DNA of 64,000 nt. Origin: an uncultured Haloferula sp. GTDB lineage: Bacteria; Verrucomicrobiota; Verrucomicrobiia; Verrucomicrobiales; Akkermansiaceae. The position numbers were made by a program, and so were the translations under genes. The notes beneath the pieces are model-generated. The model was not told the DNA's origin. It ran no database searches and saw only the letters and a program-made list of their open reading frames with translations. The stretch spans positions 192,001 through 256,000 of the forward strand of contig CBFGTS010000001.1 in assembly GCA_965652295.1 (NCBI GenBank), written 5' to 3'. Positions 18,945 to 28,308 of this stretch are shown one piece after another; within the stretch, counting starts at the first letter, position 1, and every line of letters starts with the position of its first letter.

Positions 18945-21671
18945 ATGAGCGCCGACTACAAAGACACGGTCCTGCTGCCGAAGACCGATTTCCCGATGAA
19001 GGGGGATCTGGTCACGCGCGAGCCGGAACGCATCGCCCGCTGGGAGTCCGATGGTCTTTACGCGCGCATTATCGCCCGCCGCAAAGCGCAGAAGGCTCCG
19101 AAATTCGTGCTGCACGACGGTCCGCCGTTCGCGAACGGCGATGTCCACATGGGTACGGCGCTGAACAAGGTATTGAAGGACCTGGTGGTGAAATCGAAGA
19201 CCATGGCCGGCTTCGAGGCACCCTTCGTGCCGGGCTGGGACTGCCACGGGCTGCCGATCGAGTTCAAGGTGGTGAAACAGGCGCAGGGCCTGGAGCCAGC
19301 CGAAATCCGCCGTCGGTGCACGGAATTCGCGGAGAAATTCATCGATATCCAGCGCGGCTCGTTCAAGCGCCTCGGGGTGTTCGGCGACTGGGAAAATCCT
19401 TACCTGACGATGAATCCGGGCTACGAAGCCGAGATCGTACGGGTTTTCGCCAAGATGGTGGAGGACGGCGTGGTGTATCAATCGAAGAAGCCGGTCCAGT
19501 GGAGCTACGGCGCACACACGGCGCTGGCCGAGGCGGAGGTCGAGTATGCGGACAAGATCAGCCCGTCGATCTATGTGAAATTCGCGATGACCCCCGAGTC
19601 GTCCGCGAAACTGGGGATTGGCAACGCTTCGATCGCGATCTGGACGACGACGCCATGGACGCTGCCGGCGAACCTCGGTGTGGCGGTGCATCCGGACTTC
19701 GACTACGTGGTAGGCCAGTTCGGCGGCAATGGCCGCAAGGAAATCCTGATCGTGGTGAAGGAGCTGGTCGAGGCGCTGACGGAAAAAACCGGCATGCGCT
19801 TGGTCAACACGCTCAAGGAGCTGAAGGGCCGCGAGCTGGAAAACCTGTCGGCGAAGCATCCTTTCCTTGATCGCGAATCGAAGATCATCCTCGGTCAATT
19901 CGTGACGACGGAGACGGGCACGGGCGCGGTGCACATCGCGCCGGGCCATGGCTCGGACGACTACGTGGTCGGCCAGCAATACGGCCTGGGCGTGCTTTCG
20001 CCGGTCGATGACGACGGAAATTTCACCGACGAGTGCGGGCTGCCGGATCTGGTGGGCCAGCATGTTTTCAAGAGCAACGAGCCGATCATCGAGCTACTCG
20101 AAAGCAAAGGGGTGCTGCTGGCGCGCGAGGACTACGCGCACAGCTATCCGCATTGCTGGCGCTCGAAAACGCCGATCATCTTCCGTGCGGTCGAGCAGTT
20201 CTTCATTTCCCTCGATTCGCTGCGCCAGACGGCACTGGAGGAGATCGACAAGACCGAGTGGCTGCCGGCGTGGGGTCGGAACCGCATCTACGGCACCGTG
20301 GAAGCGCGGCCGGACTGGTGCATCAGCCGCCAACGCACCTGGGGTGTGCCGCTGCCGGTGTTTTTCGAGGATGGCAAGGCGGTCCTTTGCGCCGAGACGG
20401 CCCGCAAGGTGGCCGATCTGGTGGAAAAGGAAGGGACGAATGTGTGGTTCGAGCTTTCCGATGAGGAATTGTGCGAACGGCTGGGCCTGAAGCCGGGCCT
20501 GACGAAGTGCCGCGACACGCTGGATGTGTGGATCGACTCCGGTTGCTCGCATGTCTCGGTTCTGGAAAAGCATCCGGAGCTGCGGGTGCCGGCGGATCTT
20601 TATCTGGAGGCGACCGACCAGCACCGCGGCTGGTTCCAGAGTTCCCTGATGATGTCCGTGGCCTACCGCGGCGTGGCCCCCTACAAGGCGGTGCTGACGC
20701 ACGGGTTCGTCGTCGACAAGGACAAGAAGAAGCTCTCGAAGTCCGAGGCGGAAAAGGCGGGCAAACCGATCGATGCGGCCCACTTTTACAACAAATACGG
20801 ATCGGACATCGTGCGCCTGTGGGTCAGCTCGGTGGATTGGCAGAACGAGGTGCCATTCGGTGAGGAGCTGTTCAAGCAGGTGGCCGAGCCCTATCGCCGC
20901 CTGCGCAACACGCTGCGGATCCTGCTGGGAAATCTCGACGGCTTCGATCCGGAGAGCGATCGCGTGGCTCCGAGCCACATGCTGGTGCTCGACCAATGGA
21001 TCCTGGAGCGCTTGCACGCGGTGGTGTCCGAATGCCGCAAGGCCTACGAGCGTTACGAATTCCGCAAGGTCTTCAACGAGCTGAACCAGTTCTGCGCCGC
21101 GGATCTCTCGGCGGTTTACATCGATGCGACGAAGGATCGGATGTATTGCGACGCACCGAAATCGGTCCGCCGCCGTGCGAGCCAGACGGCGATGTACGAT
21201 ATTTTCAGTAATTTGACCCGGCTGCTGGCCCCGATCCTGGCCTTCACGGCGGACGAGGCGTGGGAACATGCGCCGTTCACCGACGGCAGTGTGCACGAGC
21301 AGGATTTCCCCGAGCCGGACCCGAACTTCGCCGGCGGCGGGGCGACGGCGAAGGTGGCCCGCCTGTTGGAGATCCGCCACGACGTGCAGCAGGCGATCGA
21401 GGAGCAGGTCAAGGCGAAGGCTTTCAAGAAGAACAACGAAGCGGCGGTGAAGCTGGTCGTGAAGGAGGGCGAGACGGTTTATCCGCTGCTCAGCGACGAG
21501 GCATTCGCGAAGGAGTTCTTCATCGTGGCCGAGTTCGACGTGTCCGCCGGGCCGGAGTTTTCCGTGAAGGTGACGAAGTCGGAGCATCCGATGTGCCCGC
21601 GCTGCCGGCGCTATGAAACGCTGGTGGCGGAGGTGTGCGAACGTTGCGACGGAGTGGTCGCGAAGGCATGA
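18945..21671 (+). CDS. ileS: Isoleucine--tRNA ligase
   Basis: LHDGPPFANGDVHMGT, GWDCHGLP, WTTTPWT, WCISRQR, KLSKS, C-terminal CPRC zinc knuckle. Confidence 0.97.
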   Translation: MSADYKDTVLLPKTDFPMKGDLVTREPERIARWESDGLYARIIARRKAQKAPKFVLHDGPPFANGDVHMGTALNKVLKDLVVKSKTMAGFEAPFVPGWDCHGLPIEFKVVKQAQGLEPAEIRRRCTEFAEKFIDIQRGSFKRLGVFGDWENPYLTMNPGYEAEIVRVFAKMVEDGVVYQSKKPVQWSYGAHTALAEAEVEYADKISPSIYVKFAMTPESSAKLGIGNASIAIWTTTPWTLPANLGVAVHPDFDYVVGQFGGNGRKEILIVVKELVEALTEKTGMRLVNTLKELKGRELENLSAKHPFLDRESKIILGQFVTTETGTGAVHIAPGHGSDDYVVGQQYGLGVLSPVDDDGNFTDECGLPDLVGQHVFKSNEPIIELLESKGVLLAREDYAHSYPHCWRSKTPIIFRAVEQFFISLDSLRQTALEEIDKTEWLPAWGRNRIYGTVEARPDWCISRQRTWGVPLPVFFEDGKAVLCAETARKVADLVEKEGTNVWFELSDEELCERLGLKPGLTKCRDTLDVWIDSGCSHVSVLEKHPELRVPADLYLEATDQHRGWFQSSLMMSVAYRGVAPYKAVLTHGFVVDKDKKKLSKSEAEKAGKPIDAAHFYNKYGSDIVRLWVSSVDWQNEVPFGEELFKQVAEPYRRLRNTLRILLGNLDGFDPESDRVAPSHMLVLDQWILERLHAVVSECRKAYERYEFRKVFNELNQFCAADLSAVYIDATKDRMYCDAPKSVRRRASQTAMYDIFSNLTRLLAPILAFTADEAWEHAPFTDGSVHEQDFPEPDPNFAGGGATAKVARLLEIRHDVQQAIEEQVKAKAFKKNNEAAVKLVVKEGETVYPLLSDEAFAKEFFIVAEFDVSAGPEFSVKVTKSEHPMCPRCRRYETLVAEVCERCDGVVAKA

Positions 21672-22321
21672 AGACCGGGGATGACGCTTCAGCGGCTGGA
21701 AGCCGCAGCAACGGCCTGCGGCAGGATGCCGCAGCTACGCCCTTGAAGCTCTGGCCGTGGTTGCTGGCGGTGACGGTGCCGCTCTACATCCTCGACCAGG
21801 TGACGAAGTTCTGGGTGGTCGATCGTTTCGTGCCGCCGTGGCGGGATGCACCGGTGGATCAGAAGATCATCGAGGTGATCCCGGGTTTCCTGAACTGGGT
21901 CCGCGTGCACAACCAGGGCGTGGCGTGGGGCATGGGGAACGGGACGGAATGGGCACCGCTGGTGTTTCCTGTCATCTCCTTGGCAGCCTTCATCCTGATA
22001 GCGGTGGGGCTGAAGAAGAGATTCTTCGTGGGAAAAGTGGGCATGCTGGCGGTGGCGCTGCTGCTCACGGGGATCATCGGGAATCTGACGGACCGGCTGG
22101 TCCAGGGCTCGCTGCTGGATGAAATGCAAGGCGCGCCTTTGTGGGAGCGACTGAAGGCGGGCTATGTCGTGGATTTCATCGACGTCACGATCCCGGTCAT
22201 CGGCTACCGCTGGCCGTCGTTCAATGTGGCGGACTCGTGTATCTGCATCGCGGCGGTGCTGCTTTTCCTCTCCGGCATGAAGGCGGAGAAGGAAGCGGCC
22301 AAGCGCAAGGCGGAGGGGTGA
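21668..22321 (+). CDS. lspA: Lipoprotein signal peptidase II
   Basis: LDQVTK, NQGVAWG, GNLTDR, VVDFI, FNVADS; ATGA overlap with ileS. Confidence 0.92.
   Translation: MKTGDDASAAGSRSNGLRQDAAATPLKLWPWLLAVTVPLYILDQVTKFWVVDRFVPPWRDAPVDQKIIEVIPGFLNWVRVHNQGVAWGMGNGTEWAPLVFPVISLAAFILIAVGLKKRFFVGKVGMLAVALLLTGIIGNLTDRLVQGSLLDEMQGAPLWERLKAGYVVDFIDVTIPVIGYRWPSFNVADSCICIAAVLLFLSGMKAEKEAAKRKAEG
21690..21739 (-). repeat. Two tandem REP-like palindromes inside the lspA 5' end
   Basis: CAGCGGCTGGAAGCCGCAGCAACG (21690-21713) and CTGCGGCAGGATGCCGCAGCTACG (21716-21739); the second reads GTAG + palindrome on the minus strand. Confidence 0.7.
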
Positions 22322-22358
22322 GAGCGGCGGCTTGCGGCGGCGCGATCGCTGGATCAGC

Positions 22359-23132
22359 ATGTCGCCGGTGAGAATCTTCTGGGTATGGCTGATGGTGGTG
22401 TGCCTGTCCGCGCGGGGTGCGCAGGGCTGGAGGGATTTACCCGTCCCGCCGCCGCCAGCGAGCGGAATCCTGGATGATGCGCGGCTTTTCCAGACCGCAC
22501 CCGAGCGGCTCGCGGCGCTGGAACAGCGCGTGACCGGGCTCGCGCAACGGACCGGGCTGCCGGTTTTCGTGGTGTTTTATGACAGCCTGATCGGGCGCAC
22601 TCTGAGCGAGGAGGTCGTGCGCCTGCAGGACGCGTGGCTGGGCGATGAGGCCGGGGTGCTGCTGGCGGTGGAGACGGGGAGCGGACGGTATTGGCTGCTG
22701 TGGGCGGATGGGGATCCGGTGGCACCGCCGGAAAGTCCGATGGAGGTGCCGGTGCTGCGCAAAGGGGTCTTGCCGCCGCATGACCAGTTGATGATCGATC
22801 AACAAATCCAGGATCTGGGCCGGATGCGGACCGGCTCGGTGGACCACGCGGAGAAGATGGTCGGGGTGCTGGTCGATGGGATCGAGCGTTCTCTGGCGGC
22901 GGGCGAGAGTGATCGGGGCACGGCGCGCTGGACCGTGCTGGGGCTGGGAGTTCTCGGGCTCCTACTGGCGCTCGTGGTGGGCTGGGTTTTCACCTGCTGG
23001 ACGAAACGCGGCGAGGCGCGGGCGAGCGAACGCTACCTGTTTCCCGAGCTGCGGATCGAACGCCGCCTCGGAGCACCCTACGGGGCCGGGAAAGTCAGGG
23101 AGACGAGCTTTGCTTCCCCTTCTTCCGGATGA
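22359..23132 (+). CDS. Hypothetical membrane-anchored protein, TPM-domain-like
   Basis: Signal peptide, ILDDARLF...LEQRV...TGLPVFVV, single C-terminal TM helix. Confidence 0.55.
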   Translation: MSPVRIFWVWLMVVCLSARGAQGWRDLPVPPPPASGILDDARLFQTAPERLAALEQRVTGLAQRTGLPVFVVFYDSLIGRTLSEEVVRLQDAWLGDEAGVLLAVETGSGRYWLLWADGDPVAPPESPMEVPVLRKGVLPPHDQLMIDQQIQDLGRMRTGSVDHAEKMVGVLVDGIERSLAAGESDRGTARWTVLGLGVLGLLLALVVGWVFTCWTKRGEARASERYLFPELRIERRLGAPYGAGKVRETSFASPSSG

Positions 23133-23670
23133 TGAGCGGCCGGATCGGCAGGTGGTGGGGCAGCAGCGCGGAAAAAAGGTGCACGATGGGAAAGGCGGCG
23201 AGAGCCACGATGATTCCACTGACGAGGAAGCCGAGGATGAAGTCGGAGACATTGACCTCCATCATGGTGCTGCGGAACTGGAAATCGACTTCGCCGAGCT
23301 GTGGCATGGGCACGTGAAGGTGCTCGCGCAGCCAGCCGCCGAACTGGTGCTGGAGCGGCCGGATGATCGGTGAGGTGAAGGGGTTGGTGACGAGGGTCGA
23401 GCCGACGGCGAAAGGAATGTTCGCCCGGGCGCGGGCGGCGATGGTGGCGGCGGCGAGCGACTGCCCCGGAAGGGGCATCATGGCGAAGAACAGGCCGATC
23501 GAGAGGCCGTTGGCGACGGTGTCCCGGCATGGGTGCCAGAGCCGCCGGTCGGTGAGCGTGGCACGGATCGGTTTCCACCATTCCCGATGGCGCAGCCGCC
23601 GGTGACCGACGATCCGGTGCACCCGCCGAACGAGGCGGAGGTAGCGGATCTTCCACTTGCGGCTTTCCAT
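23095..23670 (-). CDS. DUF2062 domain membrane protein
   Basis: VANGLSIGLFFAMMPLPGQ, RANIP, VTNPFT. Confidence 0.85.
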   Translation of the reverse strand: MESRKWKIRYLRLVRRVHRIVGHRRLRHREWWKPIRATLTDRRLWHPCRDTVANGLSIGLFFAMMPLPGQSLAAATIAARARANIPFAVGSTLVTNPFTSPIIRPLQHQFGGWLREHLHVPMPQLGEVDFQFRSTMMEVNVSDFILGFLVSGIIVALAAFPIVHLFSALLPHHLPIRPLIIRKKGKQSSSP

Positions 23671-23754
23671 GGCGCGACCATGGCTCCGCGTTGGGTCGAA
23701 TCAATCGCAAATCCCTTGTCGGAAGCGGCGCTTTCTCCATGCTGCGCCCGCGTC

Positions 23755-24642
23755 ATGAACTGGATCGAAGCGTTGATTCTCGGCATCGTCGAAGGCCTGA
23801 CCGAGTATCTGCCGGTCAGTTCCACGGGGCATCTGATCGTGACCCAGCGGTTCATGTCGATCGGTCTGGAGGGCCGGGACAAGGCGGCGGCGGATTGTTT
23901 TGCGATCTGCATCCAGGCCGGAGCCATTCTGGCGGTGCTGGGTCTCTACTGGCCGCGGGTGCGGCAGATGTTCATGGGGCTCTCGGGCAGGGACAAGGAG
24001 GGGCTGAACCTGTTGTTCGCGCTCGTTGCCGGTTTTCTGCCTGCGGCGGTGATCGGGGTACTGGCGAACGACTGGATCGAGGCGCGGCTGTTCGGTCTGA
24101 AGCCGGTGGTGGCGGCGCTGTTTGTCGGGGGGGTGGCGATTCTTTTCGTCGACCGCTGGATGAAAAAGGGCGGCGGTGCCGCGGGCGTGGAGCTTTCAAA
24201 AATCACGCTCAAGATGGCGTTCCTGATCGGCCTGGCGCAGTGCGTGGCGATGTGGCCGGGGACGAGCCGCAGCCTGATGACCATTCTGGGCGGCGTGCTG
24301 ATTGGGCTGCGACTGAGTGCGGCGGTCGAGTTTTCCTTCCTGCTGGGCGTCGTCACTCTGACTGCGGCCACGGCCAAAAAAGCGGTGTGGCCGCTCGGGG
24401 GCTTCGGCGAGCGCTACGACTCGGCTTTTGGCGGCGCGCTGTTGATGTGGGACGACTATGGGCTGGTGCCCTTGGTGGTCGGCGTGGTGGCGGCCACGGT
24501 GGCTGCGGCGCTGGCGGTGAAATGGATGGTGGGCTACCTGAACCGGCACGGATTGGGGGTTTTCGGCTACTACCGGATCGCCCTGGCGTTGGTCATGGCG
24601 GGCATGATCGCCAGCGACTTCCACGGTTTTGGAGGGGCCTGA
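23755..24642 (+). CDS. uppP: Undecaprenyl-diphosphate phosphatase
   Basis: GIVEGLTEYLPVSSTGH, PGTSRS, AVEFSFLL, FGYYRI. Confidence 0.95.
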   Translation: MNWIEALILGIVEGLTEYLPVSSTGHLIVTQRFMSIGLEGRDKAAADCFAICIQAGAILAVLGLYWPRVRQMFMGLSGRDKEGLNLLFALVAGFLPAAVIGVLANDWIEARLFGLKPVVAALFVGGVAILFVDRWMKKGGGAAGVELSKITLKMAFLIGLAQCVAMWPGTSRSLMTILGGVLIGLRLSAAVEFSFLLGVVTLTAATAKKAVWPLGGFGERYDSAFGGALLMWDDYGLVPLVVGVVAATVAAALAVKWMVGYLNRHGLGVFGYYRIALALVMAGMIASDFHGFGGA

Positions 24643-24676
24643 TTTCTCTTGCTCCGGGCCCGCCGGGGCACTGAAC

Positions 24677-25348
24677 ATGGCCGCGATGTCGAGGAGGAAC
24701 CCACCTTTTTTCCTAATCCTGCGTGCGCTGATCGTCGCAGTGGGGATGGTGGGGATGGCCTTCGGACAGAAGTCGGTGCGGGTGGCGATCGCTGATGGGT
24801 TCGATTTTCCCGTCGGGCATCCCAATGCCGATGGCTATTACAAAGCCCGCGGATTACGTCTGCGGCCGCCGGTGCACTTCGGTGAGGATTGGAACGGGCG
24901 CGGCGGGGGGGATACCGACCTCGGCGACCCGATTTACGCGATGGGGAACGGCGTGGTGGTGTTCGCCTATGACGTGCGCGTCGGGTGGGGGAACGTCGTC
25001 ATCATCCGCCACGCCTACCGGGACCCGTCCACGGGGAAGGTGAAGCATTGCGATTCGCTATACGGGCACCTGCTGAAAATGTCCGTAAAGGTGGGCGAAC
25101 AGGTGAAACGGGGCCAGCAGATCGGCACTTTGGGATCAAACCGGGGAATGTACCCCGCGCACCTGCATTTCGAGATCCGGCACAACCTGAGCGTCGGGAT
25201 GCAGCGCGAAAGCGTCGGCCGGAATCTGGACAACTGGGCGGATCCGACGCAGTTCATCAACCGCTACCGGCGCCTGAACAAGGAGTGGGGGAAGCAGGCC
25301 GTGCCGATCGGCACCTTTCGGGAATACCGGGGATTCAAGGGTCTCTGA
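24677..25348 (+). CDS. M23 family metallopeptidase
   Basis: HFGED (HxxxD), SLYGHL, HLHFEIR. Confidence 0.88.
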   Translation: MAAMSRRNPPFFLILRALIVAVGMVGMAFGQKSVRVAIADGFDFPVGHPNADGYYKARGLRLRPPVHFGEDWNGRGGGDTDLGDPIYAMGNGVVVFAYDVRVGWGNVVIIRHAYRDPSTGKVKHCDSLYGHLLKMSVKVGEQVKRGQQIGTLGSNRGMYPAHLHFEIRHNLSVGMQRESVGRNLDNWADPTQFINRYRRLNKEWGKQAVPIGTFREYRGFKGL

Positions 25349-25351
25349 GTC

Positions 25352-26011
25352 ATGGCCATCAAGGCGAAGACCGGGAGCTGGCAGGTGGTTCTGCTGCTGG
25401 TACTGGCAACGGGGCTGTGGGTGCTGGAACAATGGAATCCCGGTCTGTTGCAGAGTTGGCACGGCCGGGCGGTCGGTCCACCCGTTGGAACAACGTCCAG
25501 AGGAGAGGGCGAACCGGCGCGGGTCGGCGGCTATGAGCGGATCGATGGCTGCCGCTGGGTCGATCACCGGCAGAACGATGGCGACAGTTTCCGCCTTGAG
25601 CTGCCGGACGGGCGCGTGGTCCAGTTCCGGCTGTATTTCGTCGACACCCCGGAGAGCGCGTTCCGTCGGTACGGCGGAGGGCGCGACAACCACGACCGGA
25701 TCCGGGATCAGGCCCGGGATATGGGCGTGACGGATCAGCAGGCGGTGGAAATCGGCAAGGAAGCGAAACAGCGGGTCGAGGCGATGCTCCGCGGGCGGGA
25801 TGTGACGGTTTTCACCGCGTGGGACGATCCCTTCGGCGACCAGCGGTTCCATGCATTCGTGCTAACTCCGGATGGCGGTTGGTTGCATGAGTGGTTGGTA
25901 GTGAAAGGCTTGGCGAGGGTGCATACCAAGGGGGCGATGCTGCCGGATGGAACTAAACAAGGCGATCACAAGTCGAAATTGAAAGATCTGGAGAAGGCGG
26001 CTACGCGATAA
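25352..26011 (+). CDS. Thermonuclease (SNase-like) family protein
   Basis: N-terminal TM, DGDSF, RLYFVDTPES, LVVKGLAR. Confidence 0.8.
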   Translation: MAIKAKTGSWQVVLLLVLATGLWVLEQWNPGLLQSWHGRAVGPPVGTTSRGEGEPARVGGYERIDGCRWVDHRQNDGDSFRLELPDGRVVQFRLYFVDTPESAFRRYGGGRDNHDRIRDQARDMGVTDQQAVEIGKEAKQRVEAMLRGRDVTVFTAWDDPFGDQRFHAFVLTPDGGWLHEWLVVKGLARVHTKGAMLPDGTKQGDHKSKLKDLEKAATR

Positions 26012-26132
26012 CGTGGCTATTATGACGCAAAGTTTGAGTTGCGCCGGTCTGACATGAATGCTTCGTATGGCGTCTGCTCAAAACATTGGGGGTCCTGGCA
26101 TGACTTCCGCTTGGTTGGGCGATCCCTTCGAT

Positions 26133-26489
26133 ATGAAAAGTTATTTGTCCGTGTTTCTGGCTCTGAGCCTTTCGAGCGTGGTGGCAGCGGCTGTTGTGGA
26201 TTGTAAGGAACGCCGCACCGCGACGCTTTTCATTGCGAAGGCACCGGTAAAGCCCGAGACGCTGGGAGTGACCGTGGATGTTGTGTCCACGGCGTTGCCC
26301 TCCTTTTCTTTCGATAACCATACGATCACGCTCAGTGCGGCGGCGAATGGAACCAAGATGGAAGCGGAGGTTCTAAAGCTCCGGGCTCCGCTTTCGGTAC
26401 CTGGAATGTCTCCGGTGCCCGAGACCTCCGCCGCTTTGTTGGGTGGGATTGGCGTCTTGGCGTTGCTCCGGCGCTTCCGGCGGGCTTGA
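26133..26489 (+). CDS. Small PEP-CTERM sorting-domain protein
   Basis: Signal peptide; ends VPETSAALLGGIGVLALLRRFRRA. Confidence 0.8.
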   Translation: MKSYLSVFLALSLSSVVAAAVVDCKERRTATLFIAKAPVKPETLGVTVDVVSTALPSFSFDNHTITLSAAANGTKMEAEVLKLRAPLSVPGMSPVPETSAALLGGIGVLALLRRFRRA

Positions 26490-26496
26490 TTGGGGC

Positions 26497-27210
26497 GTGA
26501 GCAACGGATTGATTGAAGCATCGAGAGCGCTGACGGCGGCCCTCAAGCCTCTGAAGTTTTCCAAAGCAAGTCATGTCTACCTGCCGACCGATTACGCCCG
26601 CGTTCCCCATGAGGTCTATCTGCGGCGGTTCGGGTCAGGTAGGAAACGGGTCTTGTTTTTGGGGATGAATCCGGGTCCCTGGGGCATGGCCCAGACCGGG
26701 GTGCCGTTTGGTGAGATCCCTGCCGTCAGGGATTGGATGGGAATCGAGGAAACGGTGGAGAAACCTCGGTTAGAGCATCCGAAGCGCCCGATCGAGGGTT
26801 TCGCCTGCGCGAAGTCCGAGGTCAGCGGACGGAGGTTGTGGGGCTACTTCGCGGCGCGGTTTCCGAAAGCGGAGGATTTCTTCGCGGGCCATTTCGTGGC
26901 CAATTATTGTCCGCTGGTCTGGATGAGCGAAACCGGGGCGAACCTCACGCCGGACAAGCTGCCCTCGGTGGAGATGGAGCCGGTGGAGAAAGCCTGCATG
27001 CTCCATCTGGAACGGCTGGTCACGGTGATGGAGCCCGAGTTTCTGATCGGCGTGGGAGCCTACGCGGAAGGCAAGCTGCGGCTCGCGGCGGAGCGGGTGG
27101 GTTCGAAGGCGATCATCGGCAAGGTGCTGCATCCGTCCCCGGCGTCGCCGGCGGCCAACCGCGGCTGGGCGGAGGCGGCGGAAAAGCAACTGCTGGCGCT
27201 CGGGGTGTGA
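26497..27210 (+). CDS. SMUG1-type (family 3) uracil-DNA glycosylase
   Basis: GMNPGPWGMAQTGVPFG, SEVSGRR, NYCPL, HPSPASP. Confidence 0.92.
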   Translation: MSNGLIEASRALTAALKPLKFSKASHVYLPTDYARVPHEVYLRRFGSGRKRVLFLGMNPGPWGMAQTGVPFGEIPAVRDWMGIEETVEKPRLEHPKRPIEGFACAKSEVSGRRLWGYFAARFPKAEDFFAGHFVANYCPLVWMSETGANLTPDKLPSVEMEPVEKACMLHLERLVTVMEPEFLIGVGAYAEGKLRLAAERVGSKAIIGKVLHPSPASPAANRGWAEAAEKQLLALGV

Positions 27211-27297
27211 AGGCGGACGGGCGGTCTTGTGTGCCGAAACGAAGGAAGATTTTCCCTTGCCCCCCATGGTCCGGGCCGGGATACCTCCGCCCGAGCC

Positions 27298-28260
27298 ATG
27301 TCCGCCGATACCATCCTCACCACCGTCCGGCAGTATCTGGAGTTCGATCCGACGCAGCCGGTCACGCTGACGCCGATCGCGAAGGGTGCCTCGGGCCGGA
27401 CGATCGTGCGGGTGGTGACGGAGGAATATGAGCCGTTCATCGGGATCCACTGGACCGACGAGCGGCCGGACAATGATGCCTACCCGAAGGTCGCGCATTT
27501 TCTTGAGGAGAAAGCCGGCGTGAAGGTGGCCTCAATCCTGCATGAAAACCTCAAGTGGCGGGTGGCGCTGGTCGAGGATCTGGGCGATGACGACCTGCTT
27601 TCCTTGAAAGGACGGCCGTGGAAAGAGCGCGAACCCTATTACCGCTCGGCCTTCAAGCAGCTCGACAAGCTGTTCTACTGCCGCGCGGCCCGTGATGCGG
27701 AATTCAATCCTCCCTTCGATGCCTCGCTGTACCGCTGGGAGCAGGAATACTTTTTCGATCACTTCGTGGAGGGTCTGCTGGATCTGGATGCGGACGATCT
27801 CCGGGCGGCATCGGAGTTCACGGACCTAGCGGAGCGGCTGGGGGCCTCGGCCAAGCACCTGGTTCACCGCGATTTCCAGTCGCAGAACCTGATGCTGTGG
27901 GATGAGGAGGTTTACTGGATCGATTTCCAAGGCATGCGCAAGGGTCGGCAGGAATACGACCTGGCTTCGCTGATTTACGATCCCTACATGGATCACTCCG
28001 CGGACGACCGGCGGAGGCTGATGGACCTGTGGGAGGATATTTCCGAGGACCGTCCGGCGGAGCAGGTGTTCCGGGAATGTGCGGCGCAGCGTCTGATGCA
28101 GGCAATGGGTGCGTTCGGGAACATCATCCGGAACCGCAAGGACGAGTGGTACCGGCCGCACGTGCCGGTCGCGGCGAAATTCCTGATGGAGGTGACGGAG
28201 GGGATGCCGGTCGGGCCGCTGCTGAAACCGGTGCTGGAGAAGGCGGTAGCGGGCAAGTAG
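27298..28260 (+). CDS. APH-family phosphotransferase (AmgK-like sugar kinase)
   Basis: GASGR, EDLGD, HRDFQSQNLM, IDFQ, YDLASL. Confidence 0.85.
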   Translation: MSADTILTTVRQYLEFDPTQPVTLTPIAKGASGRTIVRVVTEEYEPFIGIHWTDERPDNDAYPKVAHFLEEKAGVKVASILHENLKWRVALVEDLGDDDLLSLKGRPWKEREPYYRSAFKQLDKLFYCRAARDAEFNPPFDASLYRWEQEYFFDHFVEGLLDLDADDLRAASEFTDLAERLGASAKHLVHRDFQSQNLMLWDEEVYWIDFQGMRKGRQEYDLASLIYDPYMDHSADDRRRLMDLWEDISEDRPAEQVFRECAAQRLMQAMGAFGNIIRNRKDEWYRPHVPVAAKFLMEVTEGMPVGPLLKPVLEKAVAGK

Positions 28261-28308
28261 CAGGGAGCTTTCGCTTTCCTCTGCCGTGGCATCCGCTATC
28301 CGTCGGGG

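Noticed and set aside
26497..27210. SMUG1 as a eukaryote-to-bacterium transfer
   Set aside because: Bacterial SMUG1-type glycosylases are already known and codon usage here looks native
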